IMG/VR virus record: IMGVR_UViG_3300018079_000003
Span: 1-64,000 of that record
Origin: a virus
Length of the DNA stretch: 64,000 nt
Direction: 5' to 3' (one strand)
Made by a program: the position numbers and the translations under genes. Below the pieces are notes generated by a model, which ran no database searches, was not told where the DNA came from, and saw only the letters and a program-made list of their open reading frames with translations. The stretch's first letter is position 1. Every line of letters starts with the position of its first letter. Below are positions 8,620 to 15,829 of the stretch, piece after piece.

Positions 8620-9288
8620 TTAGTGGTCATCATTATCATGAGGATTATCAACCGGCTCGGGGTTCGATTTCTTCGCGGAATCAATAATTGCCTGCCCTAC
8701 CTGAAGCTGGGCATCAAAAAGTTGTGCTCGCGGCGTGTTGCTCGCCCCGGCCTTGCGCATCGCCTCGGCAATCTTAACATGCATTTCGCCTGCCGCAATA
8801 GTTCCCTCTGCCCCTTCGTTGCGTTTTGCCCGGTCTTGGGCCGTGTCGGATAAAGCTAAATAACTTAAAGCATGGGCTTTCTCAATTGCGCTCGCCAAGT
8901 CGGCTAATGCCCTTGTAACTAATTTAGGATATATCACGCCGTTCTTATCAGGATGAAAAAACAAATAGTCATCCACCTCTTTTGGTGTAAGGGCCATGAG
9001 TTTTGAAACAACTTTCTCGACAAACATACGAAAGCGATGCGCTTGGACAAAGTTCATCGCCCGATTTATACTGCGCTCAATATCACCGGGCTTACTGGAT
9101 TTTTTCAATTCAAGGATGCCCTTAAGCTTATCGTTCCATGAATCTTCATCCGCGATACGCAGCACGTCCAGAGCGCGCACGCCTAGCGCATGGGCGGTGC
9201 GTTCGAGGTCGCCCGTAAACGCCGCATAAAGCAAAAATGCGTTCTCGCGATCCACTGGCAATTCTTCATTCATTGCGCTTCGCTCCAT
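8620..9288 (-). CDS. HTH DNA-binding protein, possibly small terminase-like
   Basis: The N-terminal segment AFLLYAAFTGDLERTAHALGVRALDVL looks like the HTH found in small terminases. The rest is helical with an acidic tail. This is an impression only. Confidence 0.3.
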   Translation of the reverse strand: MERSAMNEELPVDRENAFLLYAAFTGDLERTAHALGVRALDVLRIADEDSWNDKLKGILELKKSSKPGDIERSINRAMNFVQAHRFRMFVEKVVSKLMALTPKEVDDYLFFHPDKNGVIYPKLVTRALADLASAIEKAHALSYLALSDTAQDRAKRNEGAEGTIAAGEMHVKIAEAMRKAGASNTPRAQLFDAQLQVGQAIIDSAKKSNPEPVDNPHDNDDH

Positions 9289-9532
9289 TTTTGGCCCACC
9301 AGTCCGCGCGCTTTTTGTACCGCATATTTGCCCGCGCTTTGCGCTCCAACTCCCGAACCTCGGGCCGCATATTCTCGAAAAGTTTATCTGCCGGAATTTT
9401 CTTCACACGAAACAGTGCATCCATCAGGGCGAATCGGCGATCCGAAAATAGACGGCATGGCGGTTCGGCGCATCGAAAATCATCACGAAAAATAGCCCAG
9501 CGCAGCGCCCAATAATAAGCACATATAGACAT
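9266..9532 (-). CDS. Hypothetical basic protein
   Basis: 88-aa ORF overlapping the start of 8620..9288. An alternative start is Met37 (9424). Confidence 0.35.
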   Translation of the reverse strand: MSICAYYWALRWAIFRDDFRCAEPPCRLFSDRRFALMDALFRVKKIPADKLFENMRPEVRELERKARANMRYKKRADWWAKNGAKRNE

Positions 9533-9800
9533 TAAAGTGGTCTTTCCGGTCCTGTAATCCTTTTCTTACAAGAAAAATAATAAATATGGGGTGGGGAAAA
9601 ACACGGCCCCTAGAGGTGGAAACCTCGAAATGTGGTGGATGTAGACGTTAGCCAGCAATTTGTAATATCCCATCGCTGTAAGTGGCTCGGCGACAAGGCG
9701 ATCCAACGAAAAATCGTAAAACGGAAAGTCTTGCCGGTGGGCAATATATACCCGTATACAGGAATGTGAAAATACTTGTGGCGCTTTTGTCTAACCGGCT

Positions 9801-9812
9801 CCACTGTTTCTT
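9801..9812 (+). promoter_or_regulatory. CCACTGTTTCTT motif copy (candidate phage-specific promoter)
   Basis: Exact 12-mer. ATG 9817 follows CACTGT by 9 nt, as in the copy at 5576. Confidence 0.45.
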
Positions 9813-9816
9813 TGAT

Positions 9817-10029
9817 ATGGCGAACCGGCGAAAAGTCAAATCCGGCGGCACGGCGGCACGGCGAAAAGTCGGCTATTTTGCGGACCAGAAACAAATCCAC
9901 CCGTGCGCGTGCAAAAGTTACAACGGCGGCGGACAATGCTACAATTGTTTAAATGGCGCTCATAGGTTATGTCCCGGTTGTAAACGCCCTAACGCCAAGC
10001 ACCTCGGGCTTAGAATTGTTGCGACTTGA
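9817..10029 (+). CDS. Small Cys-rich early protein (70 aa)
   Basis: Internal ATG of track ORF 9682..10029, chosen for its position after the motif. Contains CACKS..GGGQCYNCLNGAHRLCPGC and ends RIVAT*. Confidence 0.4.
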   Translation: MANRRKVKSGGTAARRKVGYFADQKQIHPCACKSYNGGGQCYNCLNGAHRLCPGCKRPNAKHLGLRIVAT

Positions 10030-10044
10030 CAACCGTGATATAAT
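10016..10044 (+). promoter_or_regulatory. Extended -10 promoter, leaderless configuration
   Basis: TTGTTG-N17-TATAAT with an upstream TG (TGaTATAAT). ATG 10052 lies 7 nt after the -10. Confidence 0.65.
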
Positions 10045-10051
10045 GATCCCA

Positions 10052-10228
10052 ATGAAAATTAAAATACTTACAAAAGACAGATCGGGATACGAAGTAGACC
10101 TTGCCACCGGCAGTCGGTGTTTTCGTATCGTTTCCGCCACGACTCACGGTGCCTTCTGCGTGCCCCAAGATTATGCAGGACCGTGGGAGGGTGAATGGTT
10201 TTGCACCGCTCGAATTGTTGCGACTTGA
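10052..10228 (+). CDS. Small early protein (58 aa)
   Basis: MKIKILTKDRSGYEVD..., ending RIVAT*. In frame with track ORF 9953..10228. Confidence 0.45.
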   Translation: MKIKILTKDRSGYEVDLATGSRCFRIVSATTHGAFCVPQDYAGPWEGEWFCTARIVAT

Positions 10229-10243
10229 CAGCCATGGTATAAT
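10215..10243 (+). promoter_or_regulatory. Extended -10 promoter, leaderless configuration
   Basis: TTGTTG-N17-TATAAT with TGgTATAAT. ATG 10251 lies 7 nt after the -10. Duplicate of 10016..10044. Confidence 0.65.
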
Positions 10244-10250
10244 GGTTGTA

Positions 10251-10445
10251 ATGAAAATTGAAAAAGAGTATGATCGTCACTCCTACGAAGTTCAACAACA
10301 GGGTGAAAACGGGAAGTGGTATCGGCTGGTGTCCAGCGACCGAATTGAAAACGGGAACGATAAAGAAATGGTTCAGATCGCTCTCGAAAATGCCGCCAAG
10401 CAAATCAGTTGGGCGCGGGCGATGAAAACTTTGAAAAAATCATAA
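10251..10445 (+). CDS. Small early protein (64 aa)
   Basis: MKIEKEYDRHSYEVQ..., with an N-terminus similar to 10052..10228. Confidence 0.45.
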   Translation: MKIEKEYDRHSYEVQQQGENGKWYRLVSSDRIENGNDKEMVQIALENAAKQISWARAMKTLKKS

Positions 10446-10648
10446 TGAGCCAAAACATAAAAGAAGTTCTCGATTGTTATCTCGCCGCTCGTAAAAATCT
10501 TTTAGATTTAGTGGAGGCATTGCCGGCATACGTATCTGAAAAAAACTGCCCGCTTCGCTCGGATCATTGGGCACTTTCGAATCAGCTTTTTGGAGTGGGG
10601 AGCTATGGTTGGGCATGTAAATTTTGCGGAGAGACCCACGACACATGA
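10445..10648 (+). CDS. Small hypothetical protein
   Basis: MSQNIKEVLD..., with a TAATG overlap upstream and an ATGA overlap downstream. Confidence 0.45.
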   Translation: MSQNIKEVLDCYLAARKNLLDLVEALPAYVSEKNCPLRSDHWALSNQLFGVGSYGWACKFCGETHDT

Positions 10649-11751
10649 GCAGAATTGCAAAAGACCCGGCCCTATCCGCCCTCGCGGTGGAACTAAAGAC
10701 TACCAAATTTAGCGACGCCCCGGACCTTGAAGAAGTCATCCGCGAGCGATTTGTGGAACTAGCTCGTGGGCATGGCGAATATCCTTTTCGTCTGGTTTAT
10801 CAGATGCCCGATTTCAAAACGTGGGTGGTTCGGCTATACCTTGGCGGCGCAGTCCGCACCATCGGCTTTTCTGCTCGTTTAACTGATGCATGCCGATACG
10901 CCGACATGGCTGCGCTTCGGTTCTGGAAATACCGGGTGCGGGGAGCGTCCGAGCCGGTGGATGCCAATCTCAATTTCGACGTGGCTCAGGCAAAATATGA
11001 CAGCACGGAGGAAATTGAGGCCGCATATTTATTAGACCGAATTGAAAATTACTTACTGTCATCCGGCGCGCTCGGCGACCCCAAACAATCTGAAATTGAC
11101 CGGCAGCGCAACCGAAAAGCGCGCGATGCTCGCAGGACCGTGCGCCATGACCTGCACGCGCTGATCGACGGGTTGAATGAAAAACTAGACTTGATCGACG
11201 CGCGGCTAAAACATATCGAGGATGGGGTTTGTAAAAAGCAAATAAATCCTGAGTGGGTTAGGTCTGAGTGGGATGTTTGTTTTGAGCCTCGCGGAAGGGA
11301 TTTTAAACACGAGCCAAATCCGGCGTGGCGCGATCCCCTGCCGGGTGAGGTTACGGGCGCAGTTTTTTCGCCTGCGGGGGAAATAAGATTAGTGCCCTTC
11401 AATGTGTGGGTGATTCCTGACCACTATATTACTCTTCATGTGCCCGCGCGGATTGTGAATGGTTTGGAAATTCTAACCCCGGAAGCGCATGAGATGATCT
11501 GGAAATACCGGGTGCGGGGAGCGTCCGAGCCGGTGGATGCCAATCTCAATTTCGACGTGGCTCAGGCAAAATATGACAGCACGGAGGAAATTGACCGCGC
11601 TCGTAAAGATGAGCGCGCAATGGAAGGCGAAATTCGCGGCGTGCAATCCGGTCCCGTGCCCGAAGAAGTAAAAGTAGTCGCGCAAGACGTAATTACTACG
11701 TTGGAAAATCTTTTTTCGTCATCGCCTATTGATAACTCGCCGAAATCATGA
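10645..11751 (+). CDS. AP2-like DNA-binding protein carrying an internal 97-bp duplication
   Basis: WVVRLYLGG..IGFS....A.RYADMAALRFW......ANLNF resembles an AP2 domain. The C-terminal half of that segment is repeated exactly. Start placed at the ATGA overlap. Confidence 0.45.
   Translation: MSRIAKDPALSALAVELKTTKFSDAPDLEEVIRERFVELARGHGEYPFRLVYQMPDFKTWVVRLYLGGAVRTIGFSARLTDACRYADMAALRFWKYRVRGASEPVDANLNFDVAQAKYDSTEEIEAAYLLDRIENYLLSSGALGDPKQSEIDRQRNRKARDARRTVRHDLHALIDGLNEKLDLIDARLKHIEDGVCKKQINPEWVRSEWDVCFEPRGRDFKHEPNPAWRDPLPGEVTGAVFSPAGEIRLVPFNVWVIPDHYITLHVPARIVNGLEILTPEAHEMIWKYRVRGASEPVDANLNFDVAQAKYDSTEEIDRARKDERAMEGEIRGVQSGPVPEEVKVVAQDVITTLENLFSSSPIDNSPKS
10922..11018 (+). repeat. 97-bp perfect direct repeat, copy 1
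   Basis: Identical to 11498..11594 by base-by-base comparison. Confidence 0.9.
11498..11594 (+). repeat. 97-bp perfect direct repeat, copy 2
   Basis: Identical to 10922..11018. The 576-nt offset keeps it in frame. Confidence 0.9.
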
Positions 11752-11757
11752 TTTAAT
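11729..11757 (+). promoter_or_regulatory. Sigma70-type promoter, leaderless configuration
   Basis: TTGATA-N17-TTTAAT, with ATG 11764 six nt after the -10. Confidence 0.5.
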
Positions 11758-11763
11758 ACGTCT

Positions 11764-12654
11764 ATGAGAATTTTAAAGAAACATATTCAAAAACTAAATT
11801 CCATTCTTGATTCGGGCTTGATCAGAGGGTCCGGCAGTAAAGCCAAGCCGGGAAATATCTGCGTTGAGCAGGCGGTTTGTATCGCGCTTGGTTACAAATT
11901 CTCCGACAATCCACCGTGCGTCTCGCGCGCTTTTCGTTCTCTGAAAATGCGGCTGAATGATTGCTCTGGTTGGTCGTCTAATAAAGCGCGGGCCGAAGGA
12001 TTGCGAAAACTCGCTGTCGTGCAAATTGGTTCTCGCGGCGCGTTGGATGATCAGGAATTTACCCGGCGAGTCACCGAAGCTACAATCCAACAAATTATCC
12101 CTCGTGCGCTTCGTAATGCTGCAAAAGTTTGTCCGCGCTATGCTGAACGGCTTGAAGCGGCGGCTGTTCGTTGCATGCAGGAAGGCACGCGGAAGGCGGC
12201 ACTTGCGGCTAAAGAAATCGCCGGTCGCGCCGCCACCACCGCCAACGTTGCCGCCACCACCGCCGCCAACGCCAGCTACGCCGCCACCGCCGCCGCCAAC
12301 GCCGCCGCCACCACTGCCGATGCCGCCCGCTACGCCGTCAACGCCGCCAACGCCGCCGCTGACTGCGCCGCCGACTGCGCCCACGCCGCCAACGCCGCCG
12401 CCGCTGCCGATGCCGCCGCCAGCGCCGCCCACGCCGCCGATGCCGCCACCACTGCCGCCGCCGACTGCGCCCACGCCGCCGATGCCGCCGCCACCACTGC
12501 CGTTGCCGCCCGCTACGCCGCCCACGCCGCCGATGCCGCCGCCAATAAAGCAACGGCGCGCGATGCCGAAATGATTTTTTTCGCCGATATGGTGCTGGCG
12601 ATCCTTGTAGATATGGCAGTGCCCGGCGTGAAATACCTCAAATGGATCAAGTAA
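11764..12654 (+). CDS. Protein with an Ala-rich periodic repeat domain
   Basis: A globular N-terminal ~150 aa, then ~105 aa of xAA-periodic sequence (ARYAAHAADAA, ADCAHAADAA), then a short hydrophobic C-terminus. Confidence 0.55.
   Translation: MRILKKHIQKLNSILDSGLIRGSGSKAKPGNICVEQAVCIALGYKFSDNPPCVSRAFRSLKMRLNDCSGWSSNKARAEGLRKLAVVQIGSRGALDDQEFTRRVTEATIQQIIPRALRNAAKVCPRYAERLEAAAVRCMQEGTRKAALAAKEIAGRAATTANVAATTAANASYAATAAANAAATTADAARYAVNAANAAADCAADCAHAANAAAAADAAASAAHAADAATTAAADCAHAADAAATTAVAARYAAHAADAAANKATARDAEMIFFADMVLAILVDMAVPGVKYLKWIK
12228..12546 (+). repeat. GCC-rich low-complexity coding repeat
   Basis: Degenerate GCCGCC(A/G)(C/A)C units. The region is open in several frames on both strands. 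Confidence 0.85.
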
Positions 12655-12752
12655 TAAATTTTTGGTGCATAGCTTAATTAGAGCGACGGCAGAAATCGTA
12701 TGGATGCGGGTAAATCCCGCTGCACCAAATTAAACCCCATAAAAGTAAACCT

Positions 12753-13073
12753 ATGATCAAAGAACACATCCCGCAACCTCTCACCATCGACGTGGCCCGC
12801 AAGCTGGCCGGTGCGCTGGCGAGAGTCAACGAACTGGGTGCGACGGCGATTCAAACGCCGACAATTGAAGCGGAACTGCGCGGGCAATCCGAATTCATTG
12901 CGAACACTCTGCGCGACCACGCGGACGAATTTGTTTCGTGTTGGTTCACCATCCAACAGGAATACGGGCCGCTGGTCCGCGCCGCCGCCACGCTGTTCCG
13001 CCGCGCGGCGGACGTGAACAACCAAGCCCGGCAATTGGAACAGGCACACGCTGCTGCTGGCAAGACGGAGTAA
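12753..13073 (+). CDS. Hypothetical protein
   Basis: 106-aa ORF. No motif recognised. Confidence 0.5.
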   Translation: MIKEHIPQPLTIDVARKLAGALARVNELGATAIQTPTIEAELRGQSEFIANTLRDHADEFVSCWFTIQQEYGPLVRAAATLFRRAADVNNQARQLEQAHAAAGKTE

Positions 13074-13093
13074 AAGTTTCCGTGCCACAGAGT

Positions 13094-13180
13094 ATGTTTG
13101 AAACAATAATAACCGCCGCTGCGGTTGTGTGGGTGCTCACCCTTGTGGCGCTCCACCTCGCGGGTCCACCAAAAGTATGA
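13094..13180 (+). CDS. Micro membrane peptide (28 aa)
   Basis: MFETIITAAAVVWVLTLVALHLAGPPKV. Internal ATG of a track ORF, with an ATGA overlap to the next peptide. Confidence 0.3.
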   Translation: MFETIITAAAVVWVLTLVALHLAGPPKV

Positions 13181-13269
13181 AGTTTTATACTAAGACTACT
13201 ACCGTATTGATTTGGCTCGCGCTCGCTTATGGCTACGGTGTGCTTATGGGCATTTGGTTTATGTTATGA
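13177..13269 (+). CDS. Micro membrane peptide (30 aa)
   Basis: Hand-translated MKFYTKTTTVLIWLALAYGYGVLMGIWFML, with ATGA overlaps at both ends. Confidence 0.3.
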   Translation: MKFYTKTTTVLIWLALAYGYGVLMGIWFML

Positions 13270-13517
13270 ATACTTGTGAACGTCCGCCTGACGCGGGGCA
13301 CAACGGTCCTTGTGCTGCCGCGCCGATAAATCCCGCCGCCACGCCCGCCGAGGTGTTGGGCAAACGTCAGTGGACCCTCAAGGCCCTGACCGCCGACATA
13401 AAACAATTACGATTTTCATTTTCGTCCGCCGAGCAGAACCAAAACGTCCGGCTGGCGGTCAATCACCTCGAAGACGCGCTTCATCGTTTATCTCTCGCGA
13501 TTGATCAAGTCTTTTGA
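13266..13517 (+). CDS. Hypothetical protein
   Basis: MNTCERPPD..., at the internal ATG of track ORF 13212..13517, coupled by ATGA. Confidence 0.45.
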   Translation: MNTCERPPDAGHNGPCAAAPINPAATPAEVLGKRQWTLKALTADIKQLRFSFSSAEQNQNVRLAVNHLEDALHRLSLAIDQVF

Positions 13518-13756
13518 TCCCGATGATATGCTTTTCTAGTATGATCAAAGCAAAGCAATTCACGATGGAGCGGCTTAAGAGCGAACTGAATCGCCGCGTG
13601 CGCATATGGTCTGGCGAGTGGCTGGCCTACTGGGGGCCGAATGCCGCAGGTTACGTAGAGAAGCCAAAGCAGGCGGGCGAGTGGACGCTGCGTGAGGCGT
13701 ATGAGTTGACTTCTCACTGTGGACCTGAAAAGAAAATTCATTTCGAGCGCGTATGA
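13514..13756 (+). CDS. Hypothetical protein
   Basis: 80-aa ORF. TTGA overlap start, or the ATG at 13523. Confidence 0.45.
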   Translation: MIPMICFSSMIKAKQFTMERLKSELNRRVRIWSGEWLAYWGPNAAGYVEKPKQAGEWTLREAYELTSHCGPEKKIHFERV

Positions 13757-13983
13757 CCGAAGAAATTTGGAAAAAAGACGCCGACAGAGGCCGAAGTGGC
13801 GGCTTTTGCAACGTTACAACGCACAAAATCGAAGGGCATCCCGGCGCGATGGTGTGGGCGACCGCAGACGAGCCAGAAATTTTCTACCTGACCAACGCCC
13901 GGGGAGATAAAAGATCAACTCATCTTCTAGAGGCGAAGACCCTGGCGGAAGCGATCAGGGCGGCGGAGGATTGGCTGGCATGA
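13753..13983 (+). CDS. Hypothetical protein
   Basis: 76-aa ORF with an ATGA overlap. Confidence 0.45.
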   Translation: MTEEIWKKDADRGRSGGFCNVTTHKIEGHPGAMVWATADEPEIFYLTNARGDKRSTHLLEAKTLAEAIRAAEDWLA

Positions 13984-14276
13984 TTTTCACCACTTGGAAT
14001 TTTGTTATGGGGGATTCCGTCGTGCGTTACGCAGTCGAGTTAGGCAGCCCGTCCTATTGTTTTTCTTCTGAAAGAGTATTTAAGCGGTCATACCCCTTCA
14101 CATTTGAAGAAGGTCGTGATGCAGCCCGGCAATACGCTGCCGATATTTTCAACTGGTGCGCAGCAAAAAGGGATTACGCCTACGCCGACCACCCCGAGCC
14201 GACAATCCCGTGGCCGCTGCACTGGTGCGCGGCGATGGAGATCAAACGGAATTGTGTGCGGGAGTTTAACCGATGA
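13980..14276 (+). CDS. Hypothetical protein
   Basis: MIFTTWNF..., with the ATGA overlap start at 13980 inside the track ORF. Confidence 0.45.
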   Translation: MIFTTWNFVMGDSVVRYAVELGSPSYCFSSERVFKRSYPFTFEEGRDAARQYAADIFNWCAAKRDYAYADHPEPTIPWPLHWCAAMEIKRNCVREFNR

Positions 14277-14437
14277 ACACGACAATATCATACTGGGTAT
14301 TAGATTATTGGGGCTGTGGAAATTGTGGACGGATCAACTCTGTCAATCACGCCTCATGTGAGAAGTGTGGGTTGGGGGAACGCCCTCCGAAACTGGATGA
14401 TGTAGACGAGGATGCCAATGAGAGCGGAACAAAATGA
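14273..14437 (+). CDS. Small zinc-ribbon protein (54 aa)
   Basis: Hand-translated. WGCGNCGRINSVNHASCEKCG fits the RanBP2-type W-x-C-x2-C-x3-N-x6-C-x2-C pattern. ATGA overlap upstream. Confidence 0.4.
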   Translation: MNTTISYWVLDYWGCGNCGRINSVNHASCEKCGLGERPPKLDDVDEDANESGTK

Positions 14438-14735
14438 AGTCTGTATGTTCGGCACCTACGGGCGGATTTACGAATCGGTGGAAGAACCGAAGCGCGAACT
14501 TCCCCGCCGCGTGATTAACCCCGAGGTGGCGGCCTGGCGGCTTGGCCGTAGGGCGGTAAATCCTAGGACTGAAAGCCAATATTGGGGCGGGTAGAATGAA
14601 AAAATTCGGGCAGTGGCTTTGTGGCAGACTCGGCGGGCATTCGTGGCGTAAGTGGTATTATCTTGGGGAGCATCGGCAGTGTCGGGTCTGTGGTCGGCAT
14701 GAAATCCGGCACATTGCGGAAGAAGAATTAAGATT

Positions 14736-14918
14736 ATGGGACAAATGAGAAAGCAAGACTTCATTGGTTTGAAAAGCGCGGGCAAAGCCCGCCATTGTCA
14801 ACATTTGGAATGGGAGGGCTGCCCGGAGGTGGATGCAGTTTGTAAAGGCTGTGGAAAAGACGAACACGAAGTCAATGCGGAGCAGGACAAAATCTCCAAG
14901 GAGGTTTTTGGTGAATGA
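14736..14918 (+). CDS. Small Cys-containing hypothetical protein
   Basis: 60-aa ORF containing CQHLEWEGCPEVDAVCKGCG. Confidence 0.35.
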   Translation: MGQMRKQDFIGLKSAGKARHCQHLEWEGCPEVDAVCKGCGKDEHEVNAEQDKISKEVFGE

Positions 14919-15006
14919 AAGCACGGATTAAAGAAACCAACGATGCCCAGGGCATCGTAAACGTATGGCAATACAAGCCGCCCATCCAAGGAATTCCCGT
15001 CTGGGT

Positions 15007-15468
15007 ATGATCGAGTGGACGCCAGAAAACTCCGCGCCGCCACCGCCACCGCCACCCGCGAATTTATTTTTCGCGTGGCTGGTTATTCCCTCCATGTGGG
15101 CGATGCAACCGCGCGATCAGGTTGAGGCGCAAGCCATGCGGGATTTTAATGTGCGACTGATGGAGGTCAATCTCGCCCGCTGGAATTTGGAGATTCTTGA
15201 GCGGTGTCAGAAGTGTTTTGGCGCTTTGATTTACCGCGAGCCGGGTTCGATGCTGTCCTGCGGTGCGGCCCAAGTGTGTGACTATTTTTTCGCTCGTGAT
15301 CGTAAAGAATCATTGGTTTATACATGGCTGCCTCGCGAACGGCAATTTCGCATGGTAGATCAGGACTGGGTAGATTTACGTAGGTTTGCATCGGATTCTC
15401 TGTGCTCGGCGTTGGAAGACTTAAAACTCTTCTCTCGTAATGGCGATTCTTTTTACAAAAAGATTTGA
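15007..15468 (+). CDS. Hypothetical protein with a poly-Pro tract
   Basis: MIEWTPENSAPPPPPPPA.... ATGA-coupled start. Its TGA stop lies inside the next TTGACA. Confidence 0.45.
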   Translation: MIEWTPENSAPPPPPPPANLFFAWLVIPSMWAMQPRDQVEAQAMRDFNVRLMEVNLARWNLEILERCQKCFGALIYREPGSMLSCGAAQVCDYFFARDRKESLVYTWLPRERQFRMVDQDWVDLRRFASDSLCSALEDLKLFSRNGDSFYKKI

Positions 15469-15493
15469 CACAGTTTTAAAAATCTGCGATATT
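15465..15493 (+). promoter_or_regulatory. Sigma70-type promoter, leaderless configuration
   Basis: TTGACA-N17-GATATT, with ATG 15500 six nt after the -10. Confidence 0.6.
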
Positions 15494-15499
15494 CTGATT

Positions 15500-15829
15500 A
15501 TGAATTATTCTGACGATACGGCCCGGCTAAACTGGCTGGAAGCCCATGGGGCCGGGCTTAATAGTCCAGGCGGATGGGCGCATGTTTGGGTTACGGGTGA
15601 TTTTGATCGCCCATCACATTATTACGGGGAAACATATCGCAGTGTGATAGACCGCGCAATGGGGTATGGCCCCGGCACGCCCGCCACCCGGCGCGGCAAA
15701 AGGTCGCATGAATTTTCAGTTGGTGTCTGTGTCTCAATGGTCACTCCTGATAAAGGAGCGCGGCAGGTTACGTCATTACCCTGCCGCGCTCCCAAATTTT
15801 ATGGCCTACGTCCATGGATTATTAAATGA
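15500..15829 (+). CDS. Hypothetical protein
   Basis: MNYSDDTARLNWLEAHG.... Internal ATG of track ORF 15440..15829, chosen from the promoter geometry. Confidence 0.45.
   Translation: MNYSDDTARLNWLEAHGAGLNSPGGWAHVWVTGDFDRPSHYYGETYRSVIDRAMGYGPGTPATRRGKRSHEFSVGVCVSMVTPDKGARQVTSLPCRAPKFYGLRPWIIK

Noticed and set aside
11794-12574. Long ORFs on both strands and in alternate frames across the GCC repeat (11794..12525 minus, Gly-rich; 11957..12574 plus, Pro-rich; 12338..12553 minus, Arg-rich).
   Set aside because: They are a by-product of the GCC-periodic repeat, which stays open in several frames. Only 11764..12654 has a normal N-terminal domain, a promoter-like element and a sensible start context.
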